A DNA stretch of 64,000 nt from Eledone cirrhosa (lineage: Eukaryota), in assembly GCA_964016885.1 (NCBI GenBank), contig OZ024746.1:35588001-35652000 (forward strand). The letters run 5' to 3'. This document shows, one piece after another, positions 14,766 to 29,292 of the stretch. Both the position numbers and the translations under genes were made by a program. Below the pieces are notes generated by a model. The model saw only the letters and a list, made by a program, of their open reading frames with translations, had not been told where the DNA came from and did not search any database. The first letter of the stretch is position 1. Each line of letters starts with the position of its first letter.

Positions 14766-15457
14766 TGAATATTTTTTTAAGGCAACCCTTATAATAACTC
14801 TAGTTAAACATGATATATATTAATAATAAATTATCGTTGTAATGTTATATAATTGTTATTTTATAACTGATCTTATAAATATTATTGTAAGATATATAAA
14901 TATATTTTCAGCCTTTTAATATAAAACATCTACAAAAAACAATCAATATTAAATAAATATATTTTACATAATAATTGTTATAGTTGAATTAATAAAAAAT
15001 TAATATTACATACAAATAGTCAAACATAATAATAAAAAAATAATCTAACATAATAATAATAACATAATCTAACATAAAACGAACAATAATATGGAGAAAT
15101 ATACAAGAAAATATGATACAACCAATATTATAAGCATGTTATTGGGTGGACGTTGCAGCGGGTGTCACTGGCCATCATCCGCGTGAATGCTTTTGACGTA
15201 TTGTCCGAAGGACGCAGCAATCCTACCCCCTTGCCCTAGAGCCCAATCTGTATATATGTGTGTGTATCTCAATTGTATCTCAGAGGGGGGTTGTGAAGAA
15301 GGGAAATCTAAAGTAGAGACAATTGCTATAGTAGAGAGAGGTATTTAGGATTTTCAAAAGTATAGGATTGTAAAAGAAATTCTATTTTACGAATAGGGCT
15401 TTAGAGGGTATGAGTGTGTATATAATATATATGTATATATATATATATATATATATT

Positions 15458-16545
15458 AGTTTAGCGAGGTTTTTTATATGAAATCGTGTGTCGAAACAGA
15501 TATTGTTATACTGAGAAAGACCCACTTAAAAATAAAGGTGGTAGAAAAGCCAGGAACCACCATAAAATATCTGATCAGCAAAACCTACCCTTTTAAGAAA
15601 ACCCACTGTACCAATAGGAAATGTATCATATGTAACGTGAACCCCCGGGTAAACTGTAAAACTAGAAACGTAGTCTATAGCATAAGATGTACAGAGGGTA
15701 CTTGCAGAAACATGACAACAACATACATAGGTGAGACAGCTCGTAGCATAGGTGAAAGGATAGACCAACACTGGGGGGAACTAAAAGGACGAAAAAACGG
15801 GTCAGTACTATACGAACATGCTAGACAACAACATGACGGTAACATAGACAACATAGAAATTAGAATAATATCTAAACATAGGAATGACCCAGCAGATAAG
15901 CAAATCAGAGAGGCCAGTGAAATAGAAATTAGAAGACCAAAGCTAAACAGAAAGAATGAGTGGAACAACAACAACACCCAAACAACAACACTGACCTAAG
16001 AGAGGTATAAATAAGTAAATAAATAAAATAAAATAAAATAAGATAAATAAATACATACACAAGCACAATAACAACAAGCACATAAACACACACTAGTCAC
16101 CCAGCAGACATAACACTATACACACTAGTCACACAGCACACATAACACTATACACACACGCAAACGCATGCGCAAAGAAGACAAAATATAATAAACAAAC
16201 AAGCAAATAAATAAATAAATATATAGACAGACTGAATAAAAAAAAAAATGGCGTAGACATACAACACAACAGGAGGAAAAAAAAAATATAACACCACTGA
16301 CGATGTTGCAGATGTGCAACGAAAGATTTATGTAAATTATGTAAACTATATATATGTGTTTGTGTCTATATTGTGTCTGTATTATTTTTGACCGCCGGTC
16401 AGTCAATGGCAACATTGAGGACCGAGTAAGTTAGATCGCAGATATAAAAGACAGCGAGAAGCGAAAACCAACCAAACAGTGAGTGTGTTCTGTTATTAAT
16501 TCTGGCAATATTACGCAAATATGACCCTCCCCAAGTATAACAATA
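15458..16545 (+). mobile_element. 5'-truncated Penelope-like element: GIY-YIG endonuclease end, 3' UTR and short inverted tail
   Basis: ORF 15478-15999: CTNRKCIIC, NVVYSIRC, YIGETARSIGERIDQH, IREASEI, LNRKNEW. 15458-15512 is an inverted copy of the family 3' tail. Hammerhead-like CTGACGA-t-gttgca gatg tgcaac-GAAA at 16297-16324. (TA)n both sides. Confidence 0.9.
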
Positions 16546-16575
16546 TATATATATATATATATATATATGAATGTG

Positions 16576-16614
<39 letters not shown>

Positions 16615-17639
16615 ATGTGCGTCTGTAGGAACAAAGCTGGAATCTATGAAACATAGATAAACTTCACACCACTAATCCTAGCCCGTAAATTCCAAATAAA
16701 ACCATAACTAATGAGCCTGAACAACAAAGAAAACTACGAGAATAAATGTTATTCAACAAAATTAATATGGAAGTAGAACACTTAAGATTAAGAGCCACTT
16801 CCAATGAGCAAAAATAACAGAATATTGAGACACAAATGGAGGATGAATGTGCTAACACGCAGAGTAACCAACCGTACACAATATAATTAAATTCTGGAAA
16901 CAACCCTGCGAGAATGCAGAACTAATTTGACTAAAACGATGAGAAAAACTTGAAAATTGATTCCTTAAATATGAAGAGGATTTCAAAAGAATACATCACA
17001 CAGATAACCCGTTTATAGTGGAATTAAAAAAACTAGCACCCCCACGGAAACATTCATACCACTAATCCCAACACGCATAAACTACAGACAAAATCCCACT
17101 GAACACAAATCATATACAACCAACTACAACAGAAGAAAAATACACAACCACCATAACATAAGTATCCTCAAAAATATCCCCTACAGAAACACACCACAAA
17201 ACAACATGAACACATATTTTTAGGCAATAATATAATATATATGTTAGTATATGAATAATTACTGAAATTCTGGTATTTACAATGTAAATATGCCACCGTT
17301 TGGAGTTAGATATATGTTATTACATCCTTTACAAATGTTCTGTTAATGATTGATATATTCTAATATATGTCAATCGTTTTTGTTTTTAGTTTTATAACAA
17401 ATCTATTCCTTAGAAAGTTTCTTATAGGTAATATGGCGCTTGTCTGAAAATTATATATATATCGCGATTACAACTGCTGAAATGCGGTTCCTCACAGGAA
17501 TTTGTGTAGTTTTAGGGAGCAATATAATAAATTGTGTATAGCTATATTAAATGTTTAAAAATGATATATAGTAGCAATGGTCTCAGCCACTCGTCTTGAA
17601 CACATAATAGAATAATAGAATATCTAATTCATAGTCATT

Positions 17640-18110
17640 ATGTCGTACGGCAAAGCTTTAATATTACTGAAAATGCTTTTAATGCCATGAGATCATACAT
17701 GACGTATTGGAAGAGATAACTATACGTTGGAAGTGAATACAAATCTAGGAGCTGTTCATTCTAACCGGTGCATTTCCAAAGATTCTATTTTCCCAACATG
17801 ATTGTCGCCAATGATATCATGTAAAAATAAAATAGTTTGAATATAAACTCAGGAATGAAACCTCATAACTTAACCAACTTCTATTTGTGGACAATCTTCA
17901 TCAGTTTGCTAATAGAGAAAATCAAATTGATTAGCTTGTAAATAAAGTATAGTATATTATCTGTGTATGGCATCTTAATATGGAATTTAATTACTTTGTA
18001 AACAGAAACAATCTGGAGAAAATGTTGGTGATGCTGAAGAATCCTTCTATAAATATCTACCTATTGTAGAAGAAAATAGCATGAAACATAAAGATCATTG
18101 TGACATAAAT
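17640..18110 (+). pseudogene. Decayed R4/Dong-like non-LTR reverse transcriptase
   Basis: ENAFNA; KDSIFP (cf. QGDSLSP); LNQLLFVDNLHQFANRENQID*LVNKV (cf. INHLLFMDDLKLYA...LVNTV); YKYLPIVE (cf. YKYLGILE). Confidence 0.65.
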
Positions 18111-18519
18111 GCGTTTATCGGTATAGAAAATATAGTAGAAAATCAAGTTGCCTTCCAGCAATCTGACCACACCCTATCAATTGTGGGGCTATAGCTGGAC
18201 TGCCACCCTGTATTGCAACAAGAGTGGCATTGAACAGCATGACAAAAATACATATTAGTTGAAGTTAGCGTACGCAGTATTGTGGCCGGTACATCCCGTC
18301 GTTCTCTTGAATATTACGATACACTTAAACATGTCTGAAATTCCAACACTAATAGTGATGTTGAAAAAGCGGAAGCGGAATAAAGGTCCGTTTTAGGGTT
18401 ACTTCACTGATCAGGCAAACGTTGTGAGAACTGACCAAAAATATTTATACTTTGCATTGTTTTATTTGCTCGCAAGTTGGACATCTCTTTGAAAGTTTGC
18501 TCAGGCGAACAATATTTTA

Positions 18520-19720
18520 AATCTTTCGGGGATGAATAATTTGCAGTATATGAGCTCGTTTTCGTAGTTTCTTCCATATCAGAGTAAAAGTTGTAGAATT
18601 AATATATATGTTCCATGCATGAGTGTTGAGTGACGTTTCATGAACTTTATAGAGTCTTCGAAATGAATTGGTTTATGCATACCATAGTGTCTTAAATGTG
18701 CTTGAAGTCATAAAGATATACGCTTTCTTTGAGTTGTTTGTAACGACATCGCATTTGTGCATATCCTAGGTTTGGTATTTTTTGTCAAAAGGGAAAGAGT
18801 TTGTATTTGGGAAGTTACGCAGAGACTTCCTACTACTCTGTCTCGTATGTTACCCTTGAATTATTCATTTTTGACATATTTATGGTAGAGATGTTTCTAG
18901 CTAAATGTGGTGTGATGGAATATGAACACATACTCATATTTCTATTGGGGATAGCGTAAGATTCGTGGTGTGTGGAGAAGTGTTTCTTGAGTAAAATGAA
19001 CAATTCCTAGCTATTATTGTGGAGACCACTATGTGGAGGGGGGGGGGGTTATACTAACAGATGCACTTAGGCTAAATTCGTTTAAGGCATCTGGGTGTGC
19101 TCTTTATATGAGAAATGTTTTCCTTAAACATACTATGGGCTAGGTACGCATTATAGAAGTGGTAAACTCATTAAATATACACCTGTTGTCAGAGAAGCCC
19201 GAAATCCTAAAGGATATACTCCTTACTCGTTTTTTTTTTTTGTTATTTTGTTCGGGTGGCTGTAATTCTGGGACGCATTTCGTTTATGGTAATGTTTAGT
19301 AAAGAGAGTGACTGGAGCCAGTCCTTTAGTAATGTTTTACTCTATTATATTTCCATAACTAGATTATGAAACTATGCGTGCACGTTTTGACTAAACCCAT
19401 TGATTTACTCCATAGAAGGAGTGTTGAGGCATTTCGAATAGTTAGATATTCCTGAGCAATATCCATTTGCTGATACTTCCAGTATCCGAGCATATGCGGC
19501 TTATTAGTCGTACAGAGGGCTTTGTATGAAAATTGGGCTTTTGATCCTTCGAGACTAAATATGGATGTATCACACGCACGATTTCAGTCCGATCATCTAC
19601 TTTGTGAGGTTTGTAATAGTTTTAATCTTGTGTTGGTATAAGATAGGTTGTTAGTGTCATCCTTTTTGTATGTGCTGGTGAAAGCGTTGTGCGCCGGCTT
19701 TTTGAGGGTTGTCATATCCA
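18520..19720 (-). pseudogene. Decayed Naiad-like Penelope RT/thumb
   Basis: Minus strand: SKDQKPNFHTKPSVRLISRICSDTGSISKWIL; RISGFSDNRCIFNE; YNPPPS...LLKKHFSTHHESYAIPNRNMSMCSYSITPHLARNI, homologous to WFAPPFS...RFPRTHRYHSIFNRHTIKLTYSSTKNLAQNI at 47.9-48.1 kb. Confidence 0.75.
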
Positions 19721-19779
19721 CCATTTGGTTCTATCCAATGCCTAAATAGCGGTGTAGAATAATTTCGAGTAACTCGATA

Positions 19780-19912
19780 TGAGTATTTGACTGGTACATT
19801 TTTCAATCAACAAAAAGGATATATGACAAGTTTGACATCAGCGTGGTTTGAACTGAGAAATTATAAAATGACGTTAATAAATACTGCATTAATGTTCCAG
19901 CCTCTCTGGTAA
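19780..19912 (-). mobile_element. Diverged copy of the tRNA-derived SINE
   Basis: ctggtacatttttcaatcaac..aaaggat..gacaagtttgac..cagcgtggtttgaactgagaa. Confidence 0.55.
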
Positions 19913-20124
19913 ATTATATTTCTTTCCTGAGACACAAAGCAGAATTATGAAGTAATATAAAATAAGAGTTTCTTATACTAATTACTAACATTTAAATACA
20001 CAATTTGATAATTTTAAGAATCATGGCTATCAATAATTTATGTAAATGTTACATTTAGTCTTGGCTGATTCACAACGCTCATACATAAATAAGATGTGAT
20101 CAATAACAAGATCAACATCAACAA

Positions 20125-20272
20125 TAGTATCATCATCATCTTCATCATCATCATCATCATCATTATCATCATCATCATCATAATCATCATCACCATTATC
20201 ATCAATATTATTAATACTAATTTGTATGGTAATAAAAATAAGAAAAATAATAACAATAATTTTTAGTAGTAA

Positions 20273-20313
<41 letters not shown>

Positions 20314-20362
20314 ATGGTAATAGTAGTAGTAGTAGTAGTAGTAATAATAGTAGTAGTAGTGA

Positions 20363-20441
<79 letters not shown>

Positions 20442-20450
20442 TGTGGTGGT
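20125..20450. repeat. (ATC)n and (AGT)n microsatellites
   Basis: Direct reading. Confidence 0.95.
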
Positions 20451-21006
20451 AATATTAATCTCATCGATTCCAATCACCATGGCGATATTAATTTAATAAT
20501 TAACAATTTAATCACATTTACTTATTTGTTTATTTATTTATTCATTTATTACGATATAATTTCATTAATTGCAATGCATTATAGCGTTGTTGAGATAGTG
20601 TTGCGATAATGTTGCTATAATTTGAATAATTAGAATGGTTTGTGAATATTATTAATAGGTTTGACAATGTTCTTCTTAATTACAACTTCCATAGTTTCTC
20701 TTTTGTATTCAAATTCTATCTCGTTGAAAATTCTGTCAGCCACAGTCTTTTTCACAAAGAGATATGAACACACGATCACATATACTACAAATAAGCACAC
20801 ATATATATCCATGTATATATGTATATTTGTATAATTACAGTGTATACAATACAGTGTATGCAATTCGTTTATGCATGATTGTAAAAATATATATATATAT
20901 AAATATAAGCGGTATATACACACACACACACAAACACATACACACACACACACACACACACCCACACACATACACACACACACACACACACACAGACACA
21001 CACACG

Positions 21007-21053
<47 letters not shown>

Positions 21054-21076
21054 TATATATATATATATATATATGT

Positions 21077-21167
<91 letters not shown>

Positions 21168-21794
21168 TACTTCAATACAAAACATTGAATTAGTAATAAA
21201 AAGGGTCAGCCAATTAGGTGAAATGTCCATTCATGTTTAATCGGTGTTTTGCATTACGTTATTCTATAATAACACAAGTATTCATTTTAAATTATAAGCT
21301 AGCTTAGAAATAAATCTTTTCTCTTTTTTTCAAAACGAGCCTTATGAATGTTAAGAATTTGAAATAGAGTCTTAAACATGATGGTTGGTATTGTGCTGAT
21401 AAGCAACAAAATAATTGCAACAAAATAATGTTACAATACAAACTGAAACAAATTAAGAAACGCAAGGGAAATGATAGCGGCTGAACTGAAAAGAAGGTGG
21501 AAAATAGAAATGCAGTGAAATCACACAAACACAAACACACACACTCACGCACACATACACGCATACACATATATGTATACATAAATACATGAATTATAAA
21601 TATATATATAGATTACAATGTAAATTCGGGTGTATTTTATTAAATAGGTATGTTAAATTGTGAAATACAGTTAGAGATTACCTGCGCGTGGAAAGAAAGA
21701 GACAACCAAAATAAAACCATATAGAATTGAGTATATATGTTTATGAAACTCTCTCTCTAAATGATAGACAAAGCTTTAATATGCGTTAGGAATA

Positions 21795-21970
21795 ATAATT
21801 GTTGCTACTTTTGGCAAAAGCCAGCAATTACTTCAGTGCATTAGTAGTGCTTTATATTATCGACCCTGTAAGGATGAAAGGCAAAGCTAACCTCGGTGGG
21901 ATTTGAAGACCGTAAAGGGGCATTACTCTATGCTGCAAAGCATGGCGTCCGACCCTCTACTGATACTACG
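21795..21970 (-). mobile_element. tRNA-derived SINE, same family
   Basis: atcgaccctgtaaggatgaaaggcaaagctaacctcggtgggatttgaa...catggcgtccgaccctctac. Confidence 0.85.
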
Positions 21971-22085
21971 TCTTCATAAGCGTTGAACTAACATATATCA
22001 TTATTGTGTTCAAACGTTCTGCTGTGTTATTTCCATGTTGACTATGCATACATACATACACACACACACAGACACAGAGACACAC

Positions 22086-22155
<70 letters not shown>

Positions 22156-22494
22156 TTTTATATACATACATATATATATACATATATATATATATATACA
22201 TATATATTTGTGTGCGTGTATGTATGTATGTATAAGCTCCTTAGCGCCTCCGTGAAAACAATTGTAGCATATAAATCACTCTATATGGAGTCTCAAGTAG
22301 CTGAATATGTGAAGTGTCACAAATTACGTAGTGGCAGATGTCTTCTCTGAAAACCTGATGCATTTAGACAAGTTGGGAGTATGTACACCACATTGAAGGA
22401 TATTCTTAAAAATGACATCCGGCTGGAGACAAGGAAATTTTACATGACAATGCTGGAGGAGCCTCATCATGAAACCGGTAGCGGATTTGTTGTG

Positions 22495-22698
<204 letters not shown>

Positions 22699-23052
22699 AT
22701 ATATTACGTCTGTATGTATATATCAACCCCACGTGAACGTTAATCACTTGATTTAGGACAAAGTATCGTGTTAGATATAATGTTTGACCGCTTTGAGTAA
22801 GTATATTTTGTTCTCGTTAGAGATATTCAAAATATCTGACCGATACTGATGAATATTAATGGTTCTCAAGCCAACTTACTTATTATCAAATTATTCAAAC
22901 TAATTCTTCAGCTTCAGTTACAGTGCTAATCAAATAAACACAGTAATGTTTAATGTCTTCCTCTTTAAAAATGGACACAGTAATACATACACACACATAC
23001 ATACACACACTCACTCACATACAAACACGCACTGGCACACACACGCGCACAT

Positions 23053-23127
<75 letters not shown>

Positions 23128-23177
23128 AATATATGCGCACGTGAGCGCACACAAATACACACCCACCCACCCACACA

Positions 23178-23237
<60 letters not shown>

Positions 23238-23531
23238 CGCATACGTTGAAACCTATGAGTCTAAACGAAGACATGTTCTCTGTCGGTATCTCTTTACTTT
23301 GCCGTTTCAATCTATCTATCATGAAAGTTCAAACACACGAAAGTATAATTCTGCACACATACGTCATCTACGTTATGCAAACGGTATATACAAATATACA
23401 CTTTTTATGCTCCTGAGGAAACTATAGGAAAAATGTATACATATTTTCTGCAATGATAAATTGCTCATACTTCATTGAGTGAAATATATCCAGCTATACA
23501 CACACGCACATACACACACACACGCACACAC

Positions 23532-23566
<35 letters not shown>

Positions 23567-23581
23567 GCATACACACACATG

Positions 23582-23647
<66 letters not shown>

Positions 23648-23699
23648 TGTATGTATGTATAATACCAATAATATTTATAATTATAATATTGGGATCGTG

Positions 23700-25070
23700 T
23701 CAAGCCCAGTATAACCCTTGTAAGAGAGCGTAGACAGGCAGATTGTTGAAGTGAATTTGTCGAGTGCATTTCCGAGACGCATTCGTTGCCAATAAGGTTA
23801 AAATGGATTCTTCATATAAAATGATGACTAGAAACAAATGCTACTGCATCATTCATCGCGCCGATCAGCCTGAGATGCGCCTGTCAGGGTGGAACCCACC
23901 TGATGTCGGATATATGGTGACTGGAACAACTTCTCTGAACATTTTTTTGTGGGGAGAAACCAACCCTGACACCTTAATGAAAATAATAAATAAGTCAAAC
24001 GTAAAAAGATCGACTAAAAATTGTTGGTTAAGAGACTAGTATGAACCAGCCATTGCAGTATTCTATACAGCATTAAACCAACCAGTACCTGACAGAACTG
24101 AGTTGCGTTTTAATATCTGGATAGAAATAATAGAGGATGGCACCCGTGATTATACTGATGCAAACAATCTAGCCAGATTACACGGAGACATCATGCATTA
24201 CAATCATCTTACACAACCAGAATTAGAGACAATAAAAATAATGTCACGATCATACCAGAAAATCGACCTGAAACACATGTAACATACACTGGGAATAATG
24301 AACAGGAACACATTATTCAACCTATTGATAGAGACACTCCTGAATATAATGTTGCTGTAGGCAACTTAGAACATGAAGCTGAAGATGGCCGAGCTGAAAC
24401 TGAGGTAACACAAGGTATGAATGGACCTGAAGCTGTAATGGTTAACGCATTTACTCAAGCTGACAGAAAGATAACGTTTGAAGTAAAACCGATTTATTGA
24501 GAGACTTAAGCCTTTCTAAACATTTAGACATGAATACGTGAGATCACTTAGCAAAATTTCAAGTAGCTACTATTTGAATCTAAGACAGATTTACCTTTTT
24601 TAAACCAGATTATATATTCAATAACTGTGGTGGTCACCACAAAGTAGGCATCAAACTAAAAACAGGCTCCTCCAAAAAGCACACAAAGAGCGAAGCTGGT
24701 AATAACACATAAATAACGATATTGAGAGCTTCCGAATGGAATTATTGAACATAGCAAAATCGCCAAAGGAAATATCATAAAAACGAGAATGACTAGAAAG
24801 TTGTAACGAAACTACAATCTAATAAACTTGAATAAAGTCCTGAGAAAAAAAGAGTGATAAGCAACATGTTCAGGTTAAGGCACAACGCATACGCAGATAC
24901 GAAAAGGGAAACAAATTGTAGATACAGAATAAGATATTTTAATGTGGTACTAAGAAATTCTACAGAGAGATTGGGAAAAAGTCGTTCGACGTAAAAGACA
25001 CCTGATATGTAAGAAGAAGTAGGTACATTTTGGAAGAGCATATGGAACGATAGAAACAGAAATCGTAGCA
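23700..25070 (+). pseudogene. Decayed N-terminal part of an R4/Dong-like non-LTR ORF
   Basis: AIAVFYTALNQP...TELRFNIWIE, YTDANNLARLHGDIMHYNHLTQPELETIK, EEVGTFWKSIWND (FWxxIW motif preceding the RT in R4-clade elements). Confidence 0.55.
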
Positions 25071-25388
25071 GACATCACAAAATTTACAAGTCTATTTCTA
25101 TTTATTATTGTTCTTCATCAGATATATATTTTTACCGACGTTGTAGACAGAAAACAATATGTCTATAAGCAGAGAGTACAACATTTTTAGAGGTCGAGAA
25201 TTTCATAATTTTTTTTTTTCATATATTTGAAAAAGAAAGATCACTGGCAGTAAACATATTTCAGAGAAAATCTTAATTCAGTTTCGGCTGAACTCCGACT
25301 GACGCAGGATTGAAAGATAGTCTAGGGATTGACAAATTTAATTACCATTTTAACATCTTCATAATACAGAATTAGTTACACACGCACA

Positions 25389-25464
<76 letters not shown>

Positions 25465-25520
25465 AATATATATATATTTATATATATTTATTTATATATA
25501 TTTATATATATATATATATA

Positions 25521-25714
25521 TATAATATAAAACGAAAAGTCAGTGATGCATCTGAACTCAATTTATTGTGCGTTACAATATATATATATATAATGTAAAT
25601 AGAGATAGAGAGATAGAAGGAGAGAGAGCGACAGAGAGAGACAAATATTGAAAGTCTTCAATATATTTGTCTCTCTCTGTCGCTCTCTCTCCCTCTACCT
25701 CTCTCTCTTTAGAT

Positions 25715-25766
<52 letters not shown>

Positions 25767-25890
25767 AACACACAATAAATTGACTTCAGATGCATCACTG
25801 ATTTTTCGTTTTATATTATACCATACTCTGCTCTGTAAGAGCATAGAGTGTTCATCGGCATACCGCTTATGGAAGCATCTTAGCTACCAT
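25521..25890. repeat. Fold-back element with internal TA/GA tracts and one-sided tail
   Basis: 25521-25650 is the reverse complement of 25657-25820 (centre gaaagtcttc); tail 25821-25890. Confidence 0.8.
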
Positions 25891-25920
25891 CACACATACA
25901 CACACACACAAACGCACACA

Positions 25921-26018
<98 letters not shown>

Positions 26019-26149
26019 TGTGATTAGAATCCGTGAATGAAGGATCAAGGAAAACCGTGCTCATCTTTTGTTATTTTCATCCGTCCTCTATTTCTCCTCT
26101 AAGAAACTACTCTCTTCACTGTTTGTCTTCCTTTCCGATGGTCTAACGT

Positions 26150-26570
26150 ACAAATAAGCAAAGCATTGGTGGATCTCGACTCCCTATCAAAGGTTGGTTG
26201 TCTCCGATCAAGAGAACCACACAAATTAGGTTATTGAAAGCAACAGTTGAATACATTCTCCTCTACGGATATCAGTTCTGATCACTGACAAAAACAGTCA
26301 CAAAAAGGATGAATGGCACATTTACTCAGATGCTGAGAAAAGTCCAGAATATATTACGGAGAAAACATGGCAAACAATCTCCTTAAGTCACAAAACTTCC
26401 ACTTTCAGGGGTTTTTCTCTAAACCTGATACGTGCAGATGAGTTGGGAGACCAACAACAGCGATGAAGGGTGGTCTTGAAGATAACACCGAGTTCTAGGC
26501 AGGGGAAATTCAGACGGCGATGCTAGATAGGGTGATCCTGAGGTGGAACTTCGTCATTGCACCGCTAACA
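26150..26570 (+). pseudogene. Decayed RTE-clade LINE 3' region
   Basis: WLSPIKRTTQIRLLKATVEYILLYGYQF*SLTKTVTKRMNGTFTQMLRKVQNI, homologous to the ORF at 40894-41400. Confidence 0.75.
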
Positions 26571-26602
26571 GATGTACAAAAGAATATATATATGTATGTA
26601 TG

Positions 26603-26606
<4 letters not shown>

Positions 26607-26685
<79 letters not shown>

Positions 26686-26694
26686 AGGGAGAGA

Positions 26695-26734
<40 letters not shown>

Positions 26735-26738
26735 GAGA
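26607..26738. repeat. (GA)n microsatellite
   Basis: Direct reading. Confidence 0.95.
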
Positions 26739-27070
26739 AGGTGAGATTGGAAATAGCTCTCAAAATATATTTAAGAATCTGTTTTTCTTTTTTCCTTTTC
26801 TTTGATTCGAGAAAGTGGCATTATAAAACAACTAGAAGGGAAAATTCCTTAAACAAAAAGACTTTTAAAATGTTCATAAAGTATATAAAGTATGTTAAAA
26901 TAAAGTCTAGATAGATAAAAAAGAAAACGAGGATGTAAATTATCAATGATTTAGTAGTCGACCCTAAGTTGGAAGCAATAACACTAAGAAAGACATGAAC
27001 GACAACATATCATTTTGTATTGAACATTTTGAAAGTAGGCTTATAAGTATGAATCTTCAGTAGACTTCAG

Positions 27071-27245
27071 TGGCTGTCGCAGTGACCTAGCGGTAGGTAC
27101 TAAAGACGGTGGTGTTCCTGGTGTTGGGTTCAATCCTGGTCAAGAGGTGCATGTAATCCTTTTCAGTTTTTATTTTACATCCAATAGAAAAAAACTGAAA
27201 AGGTTTACCGAGAACCCTACCTCCGACTAGGATCGAACCCCCGGT
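27071..27245. mobile_element. tRNA-like SINE head with a convergent inverted partial copy
   Basis: A-box-like gtgacctagcggtag, B-box gggttcaatcct at 27126-27137; inverted ctaggatcgaaccc at 27227-27240; inner IR ccttttcagttttt/aaaaactgaaaagg. Confidence 0.5.
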
Positions 27246-27322
27246 AAAGGGAAGTAACAGTGGTTATAGAGAAAATGTGAGATTTGAAATGTCACTGAAT
27301 ATATTTATATATATACATATTT

Positions 27323-27736
27323 ATACGATATTAACAAATGGAAACTATATTTATAAAACCATATCTATTTTATTATACATATTTCAAGAATACCATGTTA
27401 AATTATGGTATGCTTTCATCAGACAAAATACAATATATACCAGTTTTATAAATAAATATTGACATACCCTTTCAAAATGCAACCGTTACTTTTGGAAGAC
27501 ATCTTCCAAAAGGAAGGGTATGTCAATATTTATTTATAAAACTGGTATTTGGCTGATGAAAGCATACCATAATTTAACATGGTATCCTTGAAATATGTAT
27601 AATAAAATAGATATGGTTTTATAAATATAGTTTCCATTTGTTAATATCGTATATTTACTCCAAATACTTGTCGAGTGCTTTATATCAGTTATAAAAATAT
27701 TTGCTCGTTGTATCCCAACAATTTAAATAGAACTTT

Positions 27737-27740
<4 letters not shown>
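27323..27740. mobile_element. Fold-back mini-element, same family as 3879-4339, opposite orientation
   Basis: Arms ~27323-27499 / 27502-27652; hammerheads 27366-27430 (-) and 27545-27609 (+); tail 27653-27740 then (TA)n. Confidence 0.9.
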
Positions 27741-27771
<31 letters not shown>

Positions 27772-27939
27772 GGAAGTATGTTTTTTAATATATCCCAGAC
27801 GGATATACAATAGAAGTCTTTAAGAAGACATCACGTAACCAGTTTCAGATTTTTCACGATAATCAAAAGTTAAGAGAGATGGAGTGATGCGTGATACTTG
27901 CAAAGGCCTCATTTTGACATTATATATTCTTGCCTAAAA

Positions 27940-28110
27940 TGATTGTTTCTACTTTCGGCACAAGGCCAGAAATAACTACAGTACAGTATTGACCCCCGTT
28001 AGGAAGAAAGTTCAAGTTAACCGCGGCGGGATTTGAACTCAGAACTTAAACAACCATAGTTCTATGTAAATCATGGTGTCTGATACTCTACGGATATTTA
28101 CAATCCACCT
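27940..28110 (-). mobile_element. tRNA-derived SINE, same family
   Basis: ggcacaaggccag...gacccccgttaggaagaaag..caagttaaccgcggcgggatttgaactcagaac. Confidence 0.8.
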
Positions 28111-28511
28111 AAAATAATATTTCCAAAACATCCCTTTTATTCATAGCTTCGTATGTATACATTCATACGTATATATAATCATAAATTCAGGCCTAATGAT
28201 ACACGTATGCATATAGACACACACGTTTATAGATTGAACTGTATATTAACATTTTAAATATCAATACATACGTACATCTATATACATTTATATGTATACT
28301 TATACATAATTGTATATTTACATATATAGATACAAACATTTATATCTACTTGTTTTTATATATATAAAACGAGGGACCCTATGACAGAGAAGAAGAGAGA
28401 TATCGGGACAGTTTGGGGCCAGAGACACATAGAAGGACAAAGAGAAAGTGAAAATAGTATAAGACGTGAGGAGAGGTTGATATAAATATATAGATGGAAC
28501 GGTAGTTTGGC

Positions 28512-28557
<46 letters not shown>

Positions 28558-28601
28558 GTAATATTGCCAGAATTAATAACAGAACACACTCACTGTTTGG
28601 T

Positions 28602-28643
<42 letters not shown>

Positions 28644-29029
28644 AAGAGAGAGAAAGCTAGAAAGGATGTTAGAGTAAAAGAGAGAGGTACAATAACTTTT
28701 GTTTACTTTCTGATGGTAGACTTAAATAGTAATAAATGAATTAATAATAGTCATAGTTCAGAAAAAAAGGAGGAGAATAATAATGGTTTTGTATTCTCTA
28801 GCACCTACAGACGCGTTAGAAATAGAAAGTAAAAACATCATAAGTTAGAGTTTATTTAAACTTTGATCTATCGTTTTCAGAAACACTCTGCTGTTTAAAT
28901 TATTATGTGCCCTCAGAGCACTTGAAATGGTCTAATCATATAGACGATTTTCATCTTGCTATTACACATCTTTTCTCCCACAAACACTCACATACAAACA
29001 CGCACACGTACATTCACACATACAAACAA

Positions 29030-29095
<66 letters not shown>

Positions 29096-29257
29096 CTTTA
29101 TATATATATATATAGAGAGAGAGAGACACACACATATATATATAGAGAGATTTACATGCATGCATACATACACACATACACACACATGCGCACGCACCCA
29201 CAAACACACATACACTCATACACACACGCACACACATTTTAAATGCATATATTAAAT

Positions 29258-29292
<35 letters not shown>

